From Planctomycetota bacterium (GTDB lineage: Bacteria; Planctomycetota; JAJSAM01; JAJVHW01), in NCBI GenBank assembly GCA_965248445.1, contig CBDFJG010000001.1, positions 192,001 to 256,000 of the forward strand: DNA of 64,000 nt, given 5' to 3'. The notes under the pieces are model-generated. The model searched no databases and was not told the DNA's origin. It saw only the letters and a program-made list of their open reading frames with translations. This document shows positions 56,099 through 64,000 of this stretch, piece by piece; position 1 is the stretch's first letter, and every line of letters starts with the position of its first letter. The position numbers and the translations under genes are program-made.

Positions 56099-56785
56099 CT
56101 ACTGGACGTCCAGCCGTAGGCCGGGACCCATCGACGAGGCGATGGACACGCGGCGGATGTAGATCCCCTTCGACCCGGACGGCTTGGCCGCGCGGACGCT
56201 GTCGACGAACGCCTGCACGTTCTCGACCAGCTTGTCGTCGGTGAACGAGACCCTGCCAACCGGCGCGTGGACGTTCGCGCCGGAGTCGACGCGATACTCC
56301 ACCTTGCCCGCCTTGTACGCATTGACCGCGGAGGTGACGTCGTCGGTGACCGTTCCGGCCTTCGGCGACGGCATCTTGCCCTGCGGGCCCAGCACGCGAC
56401 CGAGCTTGCCGACGTGACGCATCATGGCCGGCACGGCCACGGCGACGTCGAAGTCGGTCCAGCCGCCCTGGATCTTCTCGACGAGCTCCGCGCCACCGAC
56501 GAAGTCGGCGCCCGCGGCCTCGGCCTCCGCCGCCTTGTCGCCCTCGGCGAACACGAGCACGCTGCGCGCCTTCCCGCCGAGCCCGTGGGGCAGCACGACG
56601 CTGCCGCGCACTTGCTGATCGCCCTTTCGGGGATCGACGCCGAGCCGGAGCGAGAGCTCGACCGTCTCGTCGAACTTCGCTGTCGCGAGTTCCTTCACCA
56701 GCGAGATCGCCTCGGCGATCGCGTACCGCCGTTCGCGGTCCACCTTCTCGAACAGCGCAAGGTAGCGCTTCGATCTGTCAGCCAT
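56099..56785 (-). CDS. rplA: 50S ribosomal protein L1
   Basis: [37 protein letters not shown]. Confidence 0.97.
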   Translation of the reverse strand: MADRSKRYLALFEKVDRERRYAIAEAISLVKELATAKFDETVELSLRLGVDPRKGDQQVRGSVVLPHGLGGKARSVLVFAEGDKAAEAEAAGADFVGGAELVEKIQGGWTDFDVAVAVPAMMRHVGKLGRVLGPQGKMPSPKAGTVTDDVTSAVNAYKAGKVEYRVDSGANVHAPVGRVSFTDDKLVENVQAFVDSVRAAKPSGSKGIYIRRVSIASSMGPGLRLDVQ

Positions 56786-56894
56786 TCTTCACCTCGCTCC
56801 CCGGATGGCCACTGCGAGACGAGTCTCGGTTGCGGGTCCGGGTTCGAACGCGATCTGTCGCGGGGCAAGCGCCCCACCAACTTCGAAGGGCCTC

Positions 56895-57329
56895 TCAGCC
56901 CTCCACTTCGATTCCGCACGAACGAGCAGTTCCCGCGATCATGCGGACGGCCGTCTCGAGCGAGCCGGCCCCCAGGTCTTCCATCTTTGTCTTGGCGATC
57001 TCTTCGAGGTCGGCGCGGGTGACCTTGCCGACGGGTGCCTCGCGGCCGGGCTCGTTGGCGCCCTTCGCCAGGTTGGCGGCGCGCTTCAGTAGCACGGCCG
57101 CCGGCGGCGACTTGATGATGAAGTCGAACGTGCGGTCCTTGTAGACCGAGATCACGACCGGCAGCACCAGGCCCATGCGGTCGCCGGTGCGGTCGTTGAA
57201 CGTCTTCACGAACTGACCGATGTTGACGCCGTGCTGACCGAGTGCGGGTCCGACCGGCGGCGCAGGGGTTCCCTGGCCGCCGGGGATCTGCAGCTTGATC
57301 AGCGCAGTGATTTCCTTCTTCTTCGCCAT
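56895..57329 (-). CDS. rplK: 50S ribosomal protein L11
   Basis: [25 protein letters not shown]. Confidence 0.97.
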   Translation of the reverse strand: MAKKKEITALIKLQIPGGQGTPAPPVGPALGQHGVNIGQFVKTFNDRTGDRMGLVLPVVISVYKDRTFDFIIKSPPAAVLLKRAANLAKGANEPGREAPVGKVTRADLEEIAKTKMEDLGAGSLETAVRMIAGTARSCGIEVEG

Positions 57330-57380
57330 GACGTGCTCCCAACCGGCGCGTGTGACCGCGCAGGTGCCCGGTCTCCCGGA

Positions 57381-57905
57381 CTAGATCGTTTCCACCTGCC
57401 AGTACTCGAGTTCCACCGGAGTCGGCCGGCCGAAGATCGTGACGACGACCTTGACGATGCCCTTGTCCGGCAGGACCTCGTCAACGATGCCGTCGAAGCT
57501 CTCGAAGGGGCCTTCCTTGATCTTGACGGACTCGCCCTTCTGGAACTGGATCTTCACCTTCGGCTTCTCGGCCGTCTTGTTCATGGTGCCGAGCACCGCG
57601 TCGACCTCGTGCTGCTCCATCGGAGCCGGTCGTCCGGGGGCGCCGACGAAGTCGCCGATCCCGCCCGTCTCACGGATCAGGAACCAGACGTCTTCATCGA
57701 TGTCCATCTTGCAGAGGAGGTAGCCGGGGTAGAGCTTGCGGCGGTAGTTGCGCTTCTTGCCGCCCTTGATCTCGGACACCGTTTCCGTCGGGACGAGGAC
57801 CTCGGTGATCTTCTCGTCCAGACCGGCAGCCTTGATGCGGCGGCGCAGTGTCTCGGCCACGCGGTCTTCGCGACCGCTCTGACAACGGAGGACATACCAG
57901 TTCAC
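57381..57905 (-). CDS. nusG: Transcription termination/antitermination factor NusG
   Basis: [35 protein letters not shown]. Confidence 0.97.
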   Translation of the reverse strand: MNWYVLRCQSGREDRVAETLRRRIKAAGLDEKITEVLVPTETVSEIKGGKKRNYRRKLYPGYLLCKMDIDEDVWFLIRETGGIGDFVGAPGRPAPMEQHEVDAVLGTMNKTAEKPKVKIQFQKGESVKIKEGPFESFDGIVDEVLPDKGIVKVVVTIFGRPTPVELEYWQVETI

Positions 57906-57919
57906 GAGATTCGCTTTCC

Positions 57920-58438
57920 CTATCCCTTGGCGATCAGCTCGATCACCGAGCCGATCACGATGTCGAACAGAAACGTCATACCCACAAGCGCAACCGTGAA
58001 CAGCGTCACCACGATGGTGCTCTGCCACGCGTCGCCGAACGTCGGCCACGACACCTTCTTGAGTTCTTGCTCCATCTCGATCACGAGATCCGCCCACTTC
58101 GGGCGGTTCATGAAGCGCCACCACCACAGCGACCCGCCCAAGAGCACGACCAGCGCGATTGCCAGCGCCGGGCTCACCTTCGTCGAGAAGAACACCAGAT
58201 CGACGGACCAGGCCTCCTGCGGCAGCGCCCCGCCGAACATCTCGAACTCGTTGAGCCCCTGACCGAGGCGCGGGAAGAACTCGGGCAGCGCAAGCATGAG
58301 CGAGCGGCAACCCCAGGCCAGCAGGATGAGGCCCGTCCAGAGGATCAGAGTCCTGGACGTCTTCCCCTGACCGGGCTTGTACGCCTGGAACAGGGTGCGG
58401 GGCTTCGCCGGGCTGAAGACCTCCACGCTCAAGACCAT
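57920..58438 (-). CDS. secE: Preprotein translocase SecE (long form)
   Basis: YKPGQG N-terminus; ELKKVSWPT; lies between tRNA-Trp and nusG. Confidence 0.9.
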   Translation of the reverse strand: MVLSVEVFSPAKPRTLFQAYKPGQGKTSRTLILWTGLILLAWGCRSLMLALPEFFPRLGQGLNEFEMFGGALPQEAWSVDLVFFSTKVSPALAIALVVLLGGSLWWWRFMNRPKWADLVIEMEQELKKVSWPTFGDAWQSTIVVTLFTVALVGMTFLFDIVIGSVIELIAKG

Positions 58439-58576
58439 CTCCTATCCATCCAACAACACTTCAGTGCGCCGTGTCCGGCGCATCACTCGCAGTCCAACAA
58501 CAGTTCGACGCGCCGAGACCGACGCGTCACTCGGATTTCGTAATCAGCCCGGCGTCGCCGCGCCCTAGCCACCGTC

Positions 58577-58652
58577 TGGCAGGACGCGAGGGACTCGAAC
58601 CCCCAACCGCCCGGTTTGGAACCGGGTGCTCTACCAATTGAGCTAGCGTCCT
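58577..58652 (-). tRNA. trnW: tRNA-Trp(CCA)
   Basis: AGGACGC/GCGTCCT acceptor stem, anticodon arm CCCGG-TTCCAAA-CCGGG, GTTCGAG, encoded CCA end. Confidence 0.96.
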
Positions 58653-58729
58653 CCAGTCGGACCGCCGACCGGGTGTCGGCTCCCCCGAACGAGCGCTACT
58701 TCTTCTTCTCGCCGGCCGTGGACACGGCC

Positions 58730-58894
58730 CTACTTCTTCTTCTCGCGGTGTTCGACGTGCTTCCGGCACGTCGAGCAGTACTTCGAGATGTTGAGCTTGT
58801 ACTCCGCCTTGGTCCGACGCGGCTTCCGGTAGTTCCGGTTGCCACAGTCGGGGCACTGCAGGCTCACCCACTCGCGGTTCGTTGCCTTTGCCAT
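58730..58894 (-). CDS. rpmG: 50S ribosomal protein L33 (Zn-binding C+ form)
   Basis: Manual translation MAKATNREWVSLQCPDCGNRNY...KYCSTCRKHVEHREKKK (54 aa; below the ORF-track cutoff). Confidence 0.95.
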   Translation of the reverse strand: MAKATNREWVSLQCPDCGNRNYRKPRRTKAEYKLNISKYCSTCRKHVEHREKKK

Positions 58895-58901
58895 CGGTGC
58901 C

Positions 58902-60104
58902 CTACTCGATGACCTCGGTCACGCGTCCGGCGCCAACCGTGCGACCACCCTCTCGGATGGCAAAGCGCACGCCCTGCTCCATCGCGATCGGCTGGATCAG
59001 CTCGACCGTGATCTCGATATTGTCACCCGGCAGCACCATCTGCGCACCGTGCAGGTCCGCAATGGCCCCCGTCACGTCCGTCGTACGGAAGTAGAACTGC
59101 GGGCGATAACCGGCGTTGAAGTGCGTGTGCCGTCCGCCCTCTTCCTTGCTGAGGATGTAGACCTGCGACTTGAACTTCGTGTGCGGGGTGATCGACTTGG
59201 GCTTCGCGAGCACCATGCCGCGCTCGATCTCGTCCTTGCCGACGCCGCGGAGCAACACGCCGACGTTGTCGCCGGCCTGGCCCGAGTCGAGCGTCTTCTG
59301 GAACATCTCGACGCCGGTGCAGGTCGTCGCCATCGGCTCCTCGCGGAGGCCGATGATGGCGATCGGGTCACCGGTCTTCACCATGCCACGCTCCACGCGA
59401 CCGGTCGCCACCGTGCCGCGGCCCTTGATCGAGAACACGTCCTCGACGGGCATCAGGAACGGCTTGTCGACCTCGCGCGCGGGCTCCGGGATGTAGGTGT
59501 CAAGCGCCTCGATGAGCTGGTAGATGGGCTGAGCAGCCGGGTCGTCCGCGCTCTCAGCGTTCAGCGCCGGGAGCGAGGCACCCTGGATCACAGGAGTGTC
59601 GTCGCCAGGGAACTCATAGGCGTCGAGCAGCTCGCGGACCTCGAGCTCGACGAGCTCGAGGAGTTCGTCGTCGTCGACCAGATCACACTTGTTGAGGAAG
59701 ACAACGATGAACGGGACACCGACCTGGCGGCCGAGGAGCACGTGCTCCTTCGTCTGCGGCATCGGGCCGGTGGACGCGTCGACCACCAGGATCGCACCGT
59801 CCATCTGCGCGGCGCCCGTGATCATGTTCTTCACGTAGTCGGCGTGACCCGGGCAGTCGACGTGCGCGTAGTGGCGCGTGTCGCTCTCGTACTCGACGTG
59901 CGCCACCGCGATCGTCACCGTCTTGCTGGCGTCACGCACGGTGCCGCCCTTGGCGATGTCGGCGTACTCCTTGAACTTCGCGAGACCCTTGAACTCGAGG
60001 CACTTCAGCATCGCTGCTGTGAGGGTGGTCTTGCCGTGGTCAACGTGGCCGATCGTCCCGACGTTCACGTGGGGCTTCGTGCGGACGAATGTTTCCTTCG
60101 CCAT
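58902..60104 (-). CDS. tuf: Elongation factor Tu
   Basis: [35 protein letters not shown]. Confidence 0.99.
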   Translation of the reverse strand: MAKETFVRTKPHVNVGTIGHVDHGKTTLTAAMLKCLEFKGLAKFKEYADIAKGGTVRDASKTVTIAVAHVEYESDTRHYAHVDCPGHADYVKNMITGAAQMDGAILVVDASTGPMPQTKEHVLLGRQVGVPFIVVFLNKCDLVDDDELLELVELEVRELLDAYEFPGDDTPVIQGASLPALNAESADDPAAQPIYQLIEALDTYIPEPAREVDKPFLMPVEDVFSIKGRGTVATGRVERGMVKTGDPIAIIGLREEPMATTCTGVEMFQKTLDSGQAGDNVGVLLRGVGKDEIERGMVLAKPKSITPHTKFKSQVYILSKEEGGRHTHFNAGYRPQFYFRTTDVTGAIADLHGAQMVLPGDNIEITVELIQPIAMEQGVRFAIREGGRTVGAGRVTEVIE

Positions 60105-60197
60105 CTCTCCATCCTTCGGCGTCTTGCGCCCTCGTTTGGGGACCGTTCGACACGGGCCCTACGTTCCCTCAGTGGCGTCTGCGTTCGCTCAGTGGTG

Positions 60198-60272
60198 TGG
60201 AGCTGCCGATGGGACTCGAACCCATGACCTCCTCCTTACCAAGGAGGTGCTCTACCACTGAGCTACGGCAGC
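60198..60272 (-). tRNA. trnT: tRNA-Thr(GGT)
   Basis: GCTGCCG/CGGCAGC acceptor stem; CCTCC-TTGGTAA-GGAGG anticodon arm; CCA end. Confidence 0.96.
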
Positions 60273-60539
60273 GGTGCCTCAATGCACGGGCGCTCGGTAA
60301 CGCGTTACCGTTGCACCCGGGCCTGACCCTGACGCGCCACTCCCGACTCGTGTCGGTGCCGCAGGAACACGCGTTCCCGCACGACGCCGGCACTGCTCCG
60401 GGAACCGTGTCTCCTCGACGAAACGGCCGACGGGCACGCCCCGTCCGACCACAGATCGCGACGTGATCGCCGCGCCAACAACCGTCCCAACAGCGTCAGC
60501 TGTTGGACCGAAAAAGCAACGCTCCCGTCGCCGCGCCGT

Positions 60540-60613
60540 TGGAGCGGGCGAAGGGAATCGAACCCTCGTAAGTAGCTTGGAAGGCTACCGCTCTACCATT
60601 GAGCTACGCCCGC
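60540..60613 (-). tRNA. trnG: tRNA-Gly(TCC)
   Basis: GCGGGCG/CGCCCGC acceptor stem; GTAGC-CTTCCAA-GCTAC anticodon arm; CCA end. Confidence 0.96.
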
Positions 60614-60869
60614 TCGCCACGACGCGCTCACACCGTCACGACGCACCGATTCCGGAGCCGCCACACCGCTGTCCGCGCACCTCTTCCGAGGCTGGGAGAC
60701 CGGGTTGCGGCCCCTTCGGTGACCGTTCCGAAGTGGGCTCGACGCGCCGAACCGGCGCGAAACCCCGAGACTGTAGGGGGCCGGCTGTGGCGCGCCACTT
60801 TTTTCGGTGGCCGTCCCAGGCTCCGGCCGAGGCAACGGGAACGACCTCCCGCCGCCGAGCCGGAGGCGG

Positions 60870-61736
60870 TCAGGCCGCCTGGTGCATGTGGACGTCCTGC
60901 TGGGGGAACGGGATCGAGATCCCGGCATCGTCGAGTGCCAGCTTGATCCGCTCGTGGGTGTTGAAGCGGACATCCCAGTAGTGGTCCGGGTGACACCAGG
61001 GGAAGACGGCGAAGTTGACGCTCGAGTCGGCCAACTCGCTGACAGCCACGCTGGGAGCCGGGTCCTTCAGCACCTGGGGGTCGCGCTCCAGGACGCCCAT
61101 CATGATCTCCTTGGCCTTCCGGATGTCATCCTCGTAGCCGATGCCCATCGTCATCTCGACGCGGATCCGTCCGTTTGCGGAGAGATTCGTGATATTTGCT
61201 GCCGTGATCGTGCCGTTCGGCACGATCACTCTCTTCCCGTCCGGGGTCGTGAACGTGGTGGCGAACAGGCCGAGTTCGTCGACCACACCGAAGGTGCCTC
61301 CTGCCTCCACGAGGTCCCCCACGCCGATGGGCTTGAAGAAGACGAGCATGACGCCGGCGGCGAAGTTGCCGAGGGACCCCTGCAGCGCCATGCCGACGGC
61401 GAACCCGGCGGCGGCCAGGATGGCGGCCACCGACGTCACGTTGACGCCCATCTTGTCGAGCGCGGCCAGCACGACGAACACCATCAACAGGCCGTAGGCA
61501 ATGTTGCCCGTGAAGGTGACGAGCGTCTCGTCGAGCTTGGACCGGCGGCAGATCTTCTGGAGAACCCGGCTGGCCATCCCCGCGACCCACTTGCCGATCA
61601 CGAAGATCGCCAGCACCGTGAGGAGTTTGCCACCCCACGTGACCCCCGTGTTCTGCAGCCACTGAGGATCGGTCAGCTTCTGCAGCAGTCCGACCGTGGT
61701 CTCGGCTTCTTGCGCCAGTAGTGTCGAGAACTCCAC
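60870..61736 (-). CDS. mscS: Small-conductance mechanosensitive channel
   Basis: GGAGG RBS; AAGFAVGMALQGSLGNFAAG, VIVPNG, LADSSVNF, ISIPFPQ. Confidence 0.93.
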   Translation of the reverse strand: MEFSTLLAQEAETTVGLLQKLTDPQWLQNTGVTWGGKLLTVLAIFVIGKWVAGMASRVLQKICRRSKLDETLVTFTGNIAYGLLMVFVVLAALDKMGVNVTSVAAILAAAGFAVGMALQGSLGNFAAGVMLVFFKPIGVGDLVEAGGTFGVVDELGLFATTFTTPDGKRVIVPNGTITAANITNLSANGRIRVEMTMGIGYEDDIRKAKEIMMGVLERDPQVLKDPAPSVAVSELADSSVNFAVFPWCHPDHYWDVRFNTHERIKLALDDAGISIPFPQQDVHMHQAA

Positions 61737-61854
61737 ATCAACCTCCGTCTGAGTTGGGCGACCCGCCGCTTGATGTGCGACGAACGCGCGCTGTTCAAAA
61801 CCGCATCGCGGAGGGTAGCGACGCCGGCGGGGAGCCGCACGAGTGGATACCGCC

Positions 61855-62442
61855 TCAGGCGTGGAGACGCGGCGCGGGCGGGAGATCTGAGAGGACCGCG
61901 GCCTCGTGCGCCGACATCGCCTGGGCTCGCTCCCGGATCTCGTCCTCGCAGAAGCCGACCGCGCGGGCGAGGTCCGTGTACACGCGGTGGTGCCGCGCCT
62001 CGGCCGCCAGCAGCCCGTCGTACAGAGAAGCGAGTTCCGCCTCGCCCGCATCCGCCAGTGCCGCGGCGAGGAGTTGCATGCGCTCGCAAGACCTCGCCTC
62101 GATCAAACCGCACGCGAGGAGCGTGTCGAGCAGCCGGCCGGGCTCGGCGTCCCGGCAGCCGGCCATCAGACGGGCGGCGTAGGCGCTGGGGTGGAGGCGG
62201 TCGAACGGGATGCCCCGACGCTCGAGCACGGCGAGCATCTGCTCGAAGTGCGCGAGCTCCTCGCGTGCCAGTTCGGAGAGCGGTCGGAGCAGCGCCGTGC
62301 GATCGGCGTAGCGGAAGATCAAGTTGATCGCGGTCGAAGCCGCCTTCTTCTCGCAGTGCGTATGATCCAGCAGGACCTGCGGCAGATCCGCCATCGCGCG
62401 CACGGCCCACTCCGGGCCGGTCAGGCACGCGAGGCCGAGCAT
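61855..62442 (-). CDS. miaE: tRNA-(ms2io6A) hydroxylase
   Basis: DHTHCEKKAA, LAREELAHF, LIEARSCER, EARHH di-iron ligands. Confidence 0.92.
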   Translation of the reverse strand: MLGLACLTGPEWAVRAMADLPQVLLDHTHCEKKAASTAINLIFRYADRTALLRPLSELAREELAHFEQMLAVLERRGIPFDRLHPSAYAARLMAGCRDAEPGRLLDTLLACGLIEARSCERMQLLAAALADAGEAELASLYDGLLAAEARHHRVYTDLARAVGFCEDEIRERAQAMSAHEAAVLSDLPPAPRLHA

Positions 62443-62482
62443 CGCTAGGTTCGCCGCCGGCCCCGACCACCGACCGTGCGCA

Positions 62483-64000
62483 TCACTCCGACTCCCGGAT
62501 CTCGAGGAGACCGTTGCGCGGGATTCCGTCGGTGACTACCTGCCTCGTCCCCGATGGCCACACGACTTCGACGGCGTCCGCGCGCTGCGCGCTGCCCAGA
62601 CCGAAGTAGAGCGGCACGACTCCCTGCGAGAGGTACCCGGTTCGGCCGTCCCACAGCTGGAGGATGCGGGCACTCCCGGCGCGCACGGTGACGCGCGCTC
62701 CGAACCCGTCGCGATTGGACTTGGTCCCGGTCAGCCGGATCTTCAGGTAGGAGAGGTCCGGCTTCCGGTCGGAGAGGTTGCTGATGAGCACCTGAGGCCG
62801 CCATGCCCACTCGCGCGCGAAGATGTCCAGGTCGCCGTCGTCGTCGATGTCGAACACGGCCGCCGCCCGCGTCACCGGTGCATCCCACAGAGCCACGTGT
62901 CCCTTCAGACCGAGACCTGACACGATGGGAAGTTCGCGGGGCGAGTCCCCCGTGTCCATGTGTGTCCACGGCTTCGTCGTGCGCCCGTCGCGCCGCGGTT
63001 CGACCCCGAGGATGTACTCGGCATCCCGGAAGCGGCGACCACCGTCATTCAGCAGCACCGAGTTGGGGTGGTAGCGGTAGACGAACCCCATGCCCGCGGG
63101 AATCACGAGATCCGGGTGCCCGTCGGCGTTCAGATCCGCGACGGACGGCCCCCACGGCCAGTACATCTCGGCACCCCACTCCGCGGAGACCTCGACGAAC
63201 CGATCGGGGCCGTCGTTACGGAAGAGCGCATTGCCGAAGATGCTCGTGCCGCCGGTCCGGAGGAACGACTCGGGCTCGTCGCCCGCGTCGATCTTCTCGG
63301 CCTCGAGTGCGCGGTCCGCGGCATGAATTCTGAACATGTCCGAGTGCATGTCGGTGATGAAGATGTCGAGATCGCCGTCGCCGTCGAAGTCGAGCGTGCT
63401 CGCACCCATCGAGCCCCACGGGGTGCGCGGGAAGACGTCGGTGGTCCGGCGCTCGAAGCGCTCGCCGCCGCGGTTCTCCCAGTACTCGTCCCGGCCCTGC
63501 ATGTTGAGCACGTACAGGTCCGGCCAGCCGTCGCGATTCCCGTCGATGGGAAGGGCAGCGCCGGTCCAGCTCTCGTCGCCGTCGAGACCCACTCGCTCGC
63601 TGACGTCCTCGAACCGGAGCCCCCCGAGATTCCGATACAGGACGCTGTGCTCGACCCGCTCGGGTATCACGTGCCCGGCGAATGCATCCACGAGGCCGAC
63701 GTAGTACCGCAGGTCCCCCTCGCCCGGCCTGTGCGAAGAGGCGACGAGTTCGTCGGATGTGAAGACCCCTACGTTCGCGACGTAGAGGTCCAGCAGACCG
63801 TCCCGGTCATAGTCGAACGCGAGCGCCTGAGAGGAGTGGCCGGCGTAGCCGATCCTCGCCTCCTCGGTGATCTCGACAAAGCGGCCCGTGCCGTCGTTCT
63901 CGAACAGGCGGTTACCCGTGCGAATGCAGGCGAAGAAGGCGTCCACATCGCCGTCGTTGTCGAGGTCCGCGAACGTCGAACGTCGTGGACGCGCCCACCG
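62483..64000 (-). CDS. CRTAC1-like FG-GAP repeat / ASPIC-UnbV protein (5' end outside the window)
   Basis: Repeated DxDxDGxxD motifs; NRDGFGARVTV, GYLSQ..LYFGLG, VEVVWPSG. Confidence 0.9.
   Translation of the reverse strand, partial: RWARPRRSTFADLDNDGDVDAFFACIRTGNRLFENDGTGRFVEITEEARIGYAGHSSQALAFDYDRDGLLDLYVANVGVFTSDELVASSHRPGEGDLRYYVGLVDAFAGHVIPERVEHSVLYRNLGGLRFEDVSERVGLDGDESWTGAALPIDGNRDGWPDLYVLNMQGRDEYWENRGGERFERRTTDVFPRTPWGSMGASTLDFDGDGDLDIFITDMHSDMFRIHAADRALEAEKIDAGDEPESFLRTGGTSIFGNALFRNDGPDRFVEVSAEWGAEMYWPWGPSVADLNADGHPDLVIPAGMGFVYRYHPNSVLLNDGGRRFRDAEYILGVEPRRDGRTTKPWTHMDTGDSPRELPIVSGLGLKGHVALWDAPVTRAAAVFDIDDDGDLDIFAREWAWRPQVLISNLSDRKPDLSYLKIRLTGTKSNRDGFGARVTVRAGSARILQLWDGRTGYLSQGVVPLYFGLGSAQRADAVEVVWPSGTRQVVTDGIPRNGLLEIRESE

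Noticed and set aside
63971..63985. 7-nt tandem duplication (GAACGTC x2) apparently shifting the frame of the CRTAC1-like gene
   Set aside because: At the window edge with too little context; it could be an assembly artefact and cannot be interpreted.

Overview
A GC-rich bacterial window, most likely from a Planctomycetota genome. Evidence for this is the EF-Tu '[17 protein letters not shown]' signature, a planctomycete cytochrome-c protein and an FG-GAP/ASPIC protein. The left end holds the most striking locus. A minus-strand operon encodes an FHA-FHA/MshEN-like membrane protein, an 18-heme cytochrome c, a 4-His cytochrome-b-like membrane protein and a 2x cNMP-binding/4Fe-4S protein. It is divergent from an FHA-GAF class III adenylate cyclase and a class II cAMP phosphodiesterase. 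Next come central carbon genes (fbaB, 2-oxoacid:ferredoxin oxidoreductase alpha/beta, gltA) with REP-like repeats, and a DUF692 (MNIO)-DUF2063-GNAT cluster with no obvious precursor peptide. These are followed by a candidate ~165-nt structured ncRNA, an IS3-family element truncating a tyrosine integrase, an extremely basic histone-H1/Hc2-like repeat protein, cutA and a polar amino acid ABC transporter. The middle contains a complete F0F1 ATP synthase operon (alpha has a 43-aa insertion), accessory genes, a MoxR AAA+/vWA pair, PTS IIA and an IS66 element. The right third is the tRNA-Gly, tRNA-Thr, tuf, rpmG, tRNA-Trp, secE, nusG, rplK, rplA, rplJ, rplL, rpoB, rpoC cluster, plus mscS, miaE and a truncated CRTAC1-like gene. 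A few apparent small indels suggest residual sequencing errors. All calls come from reading motifs; no searches were run.
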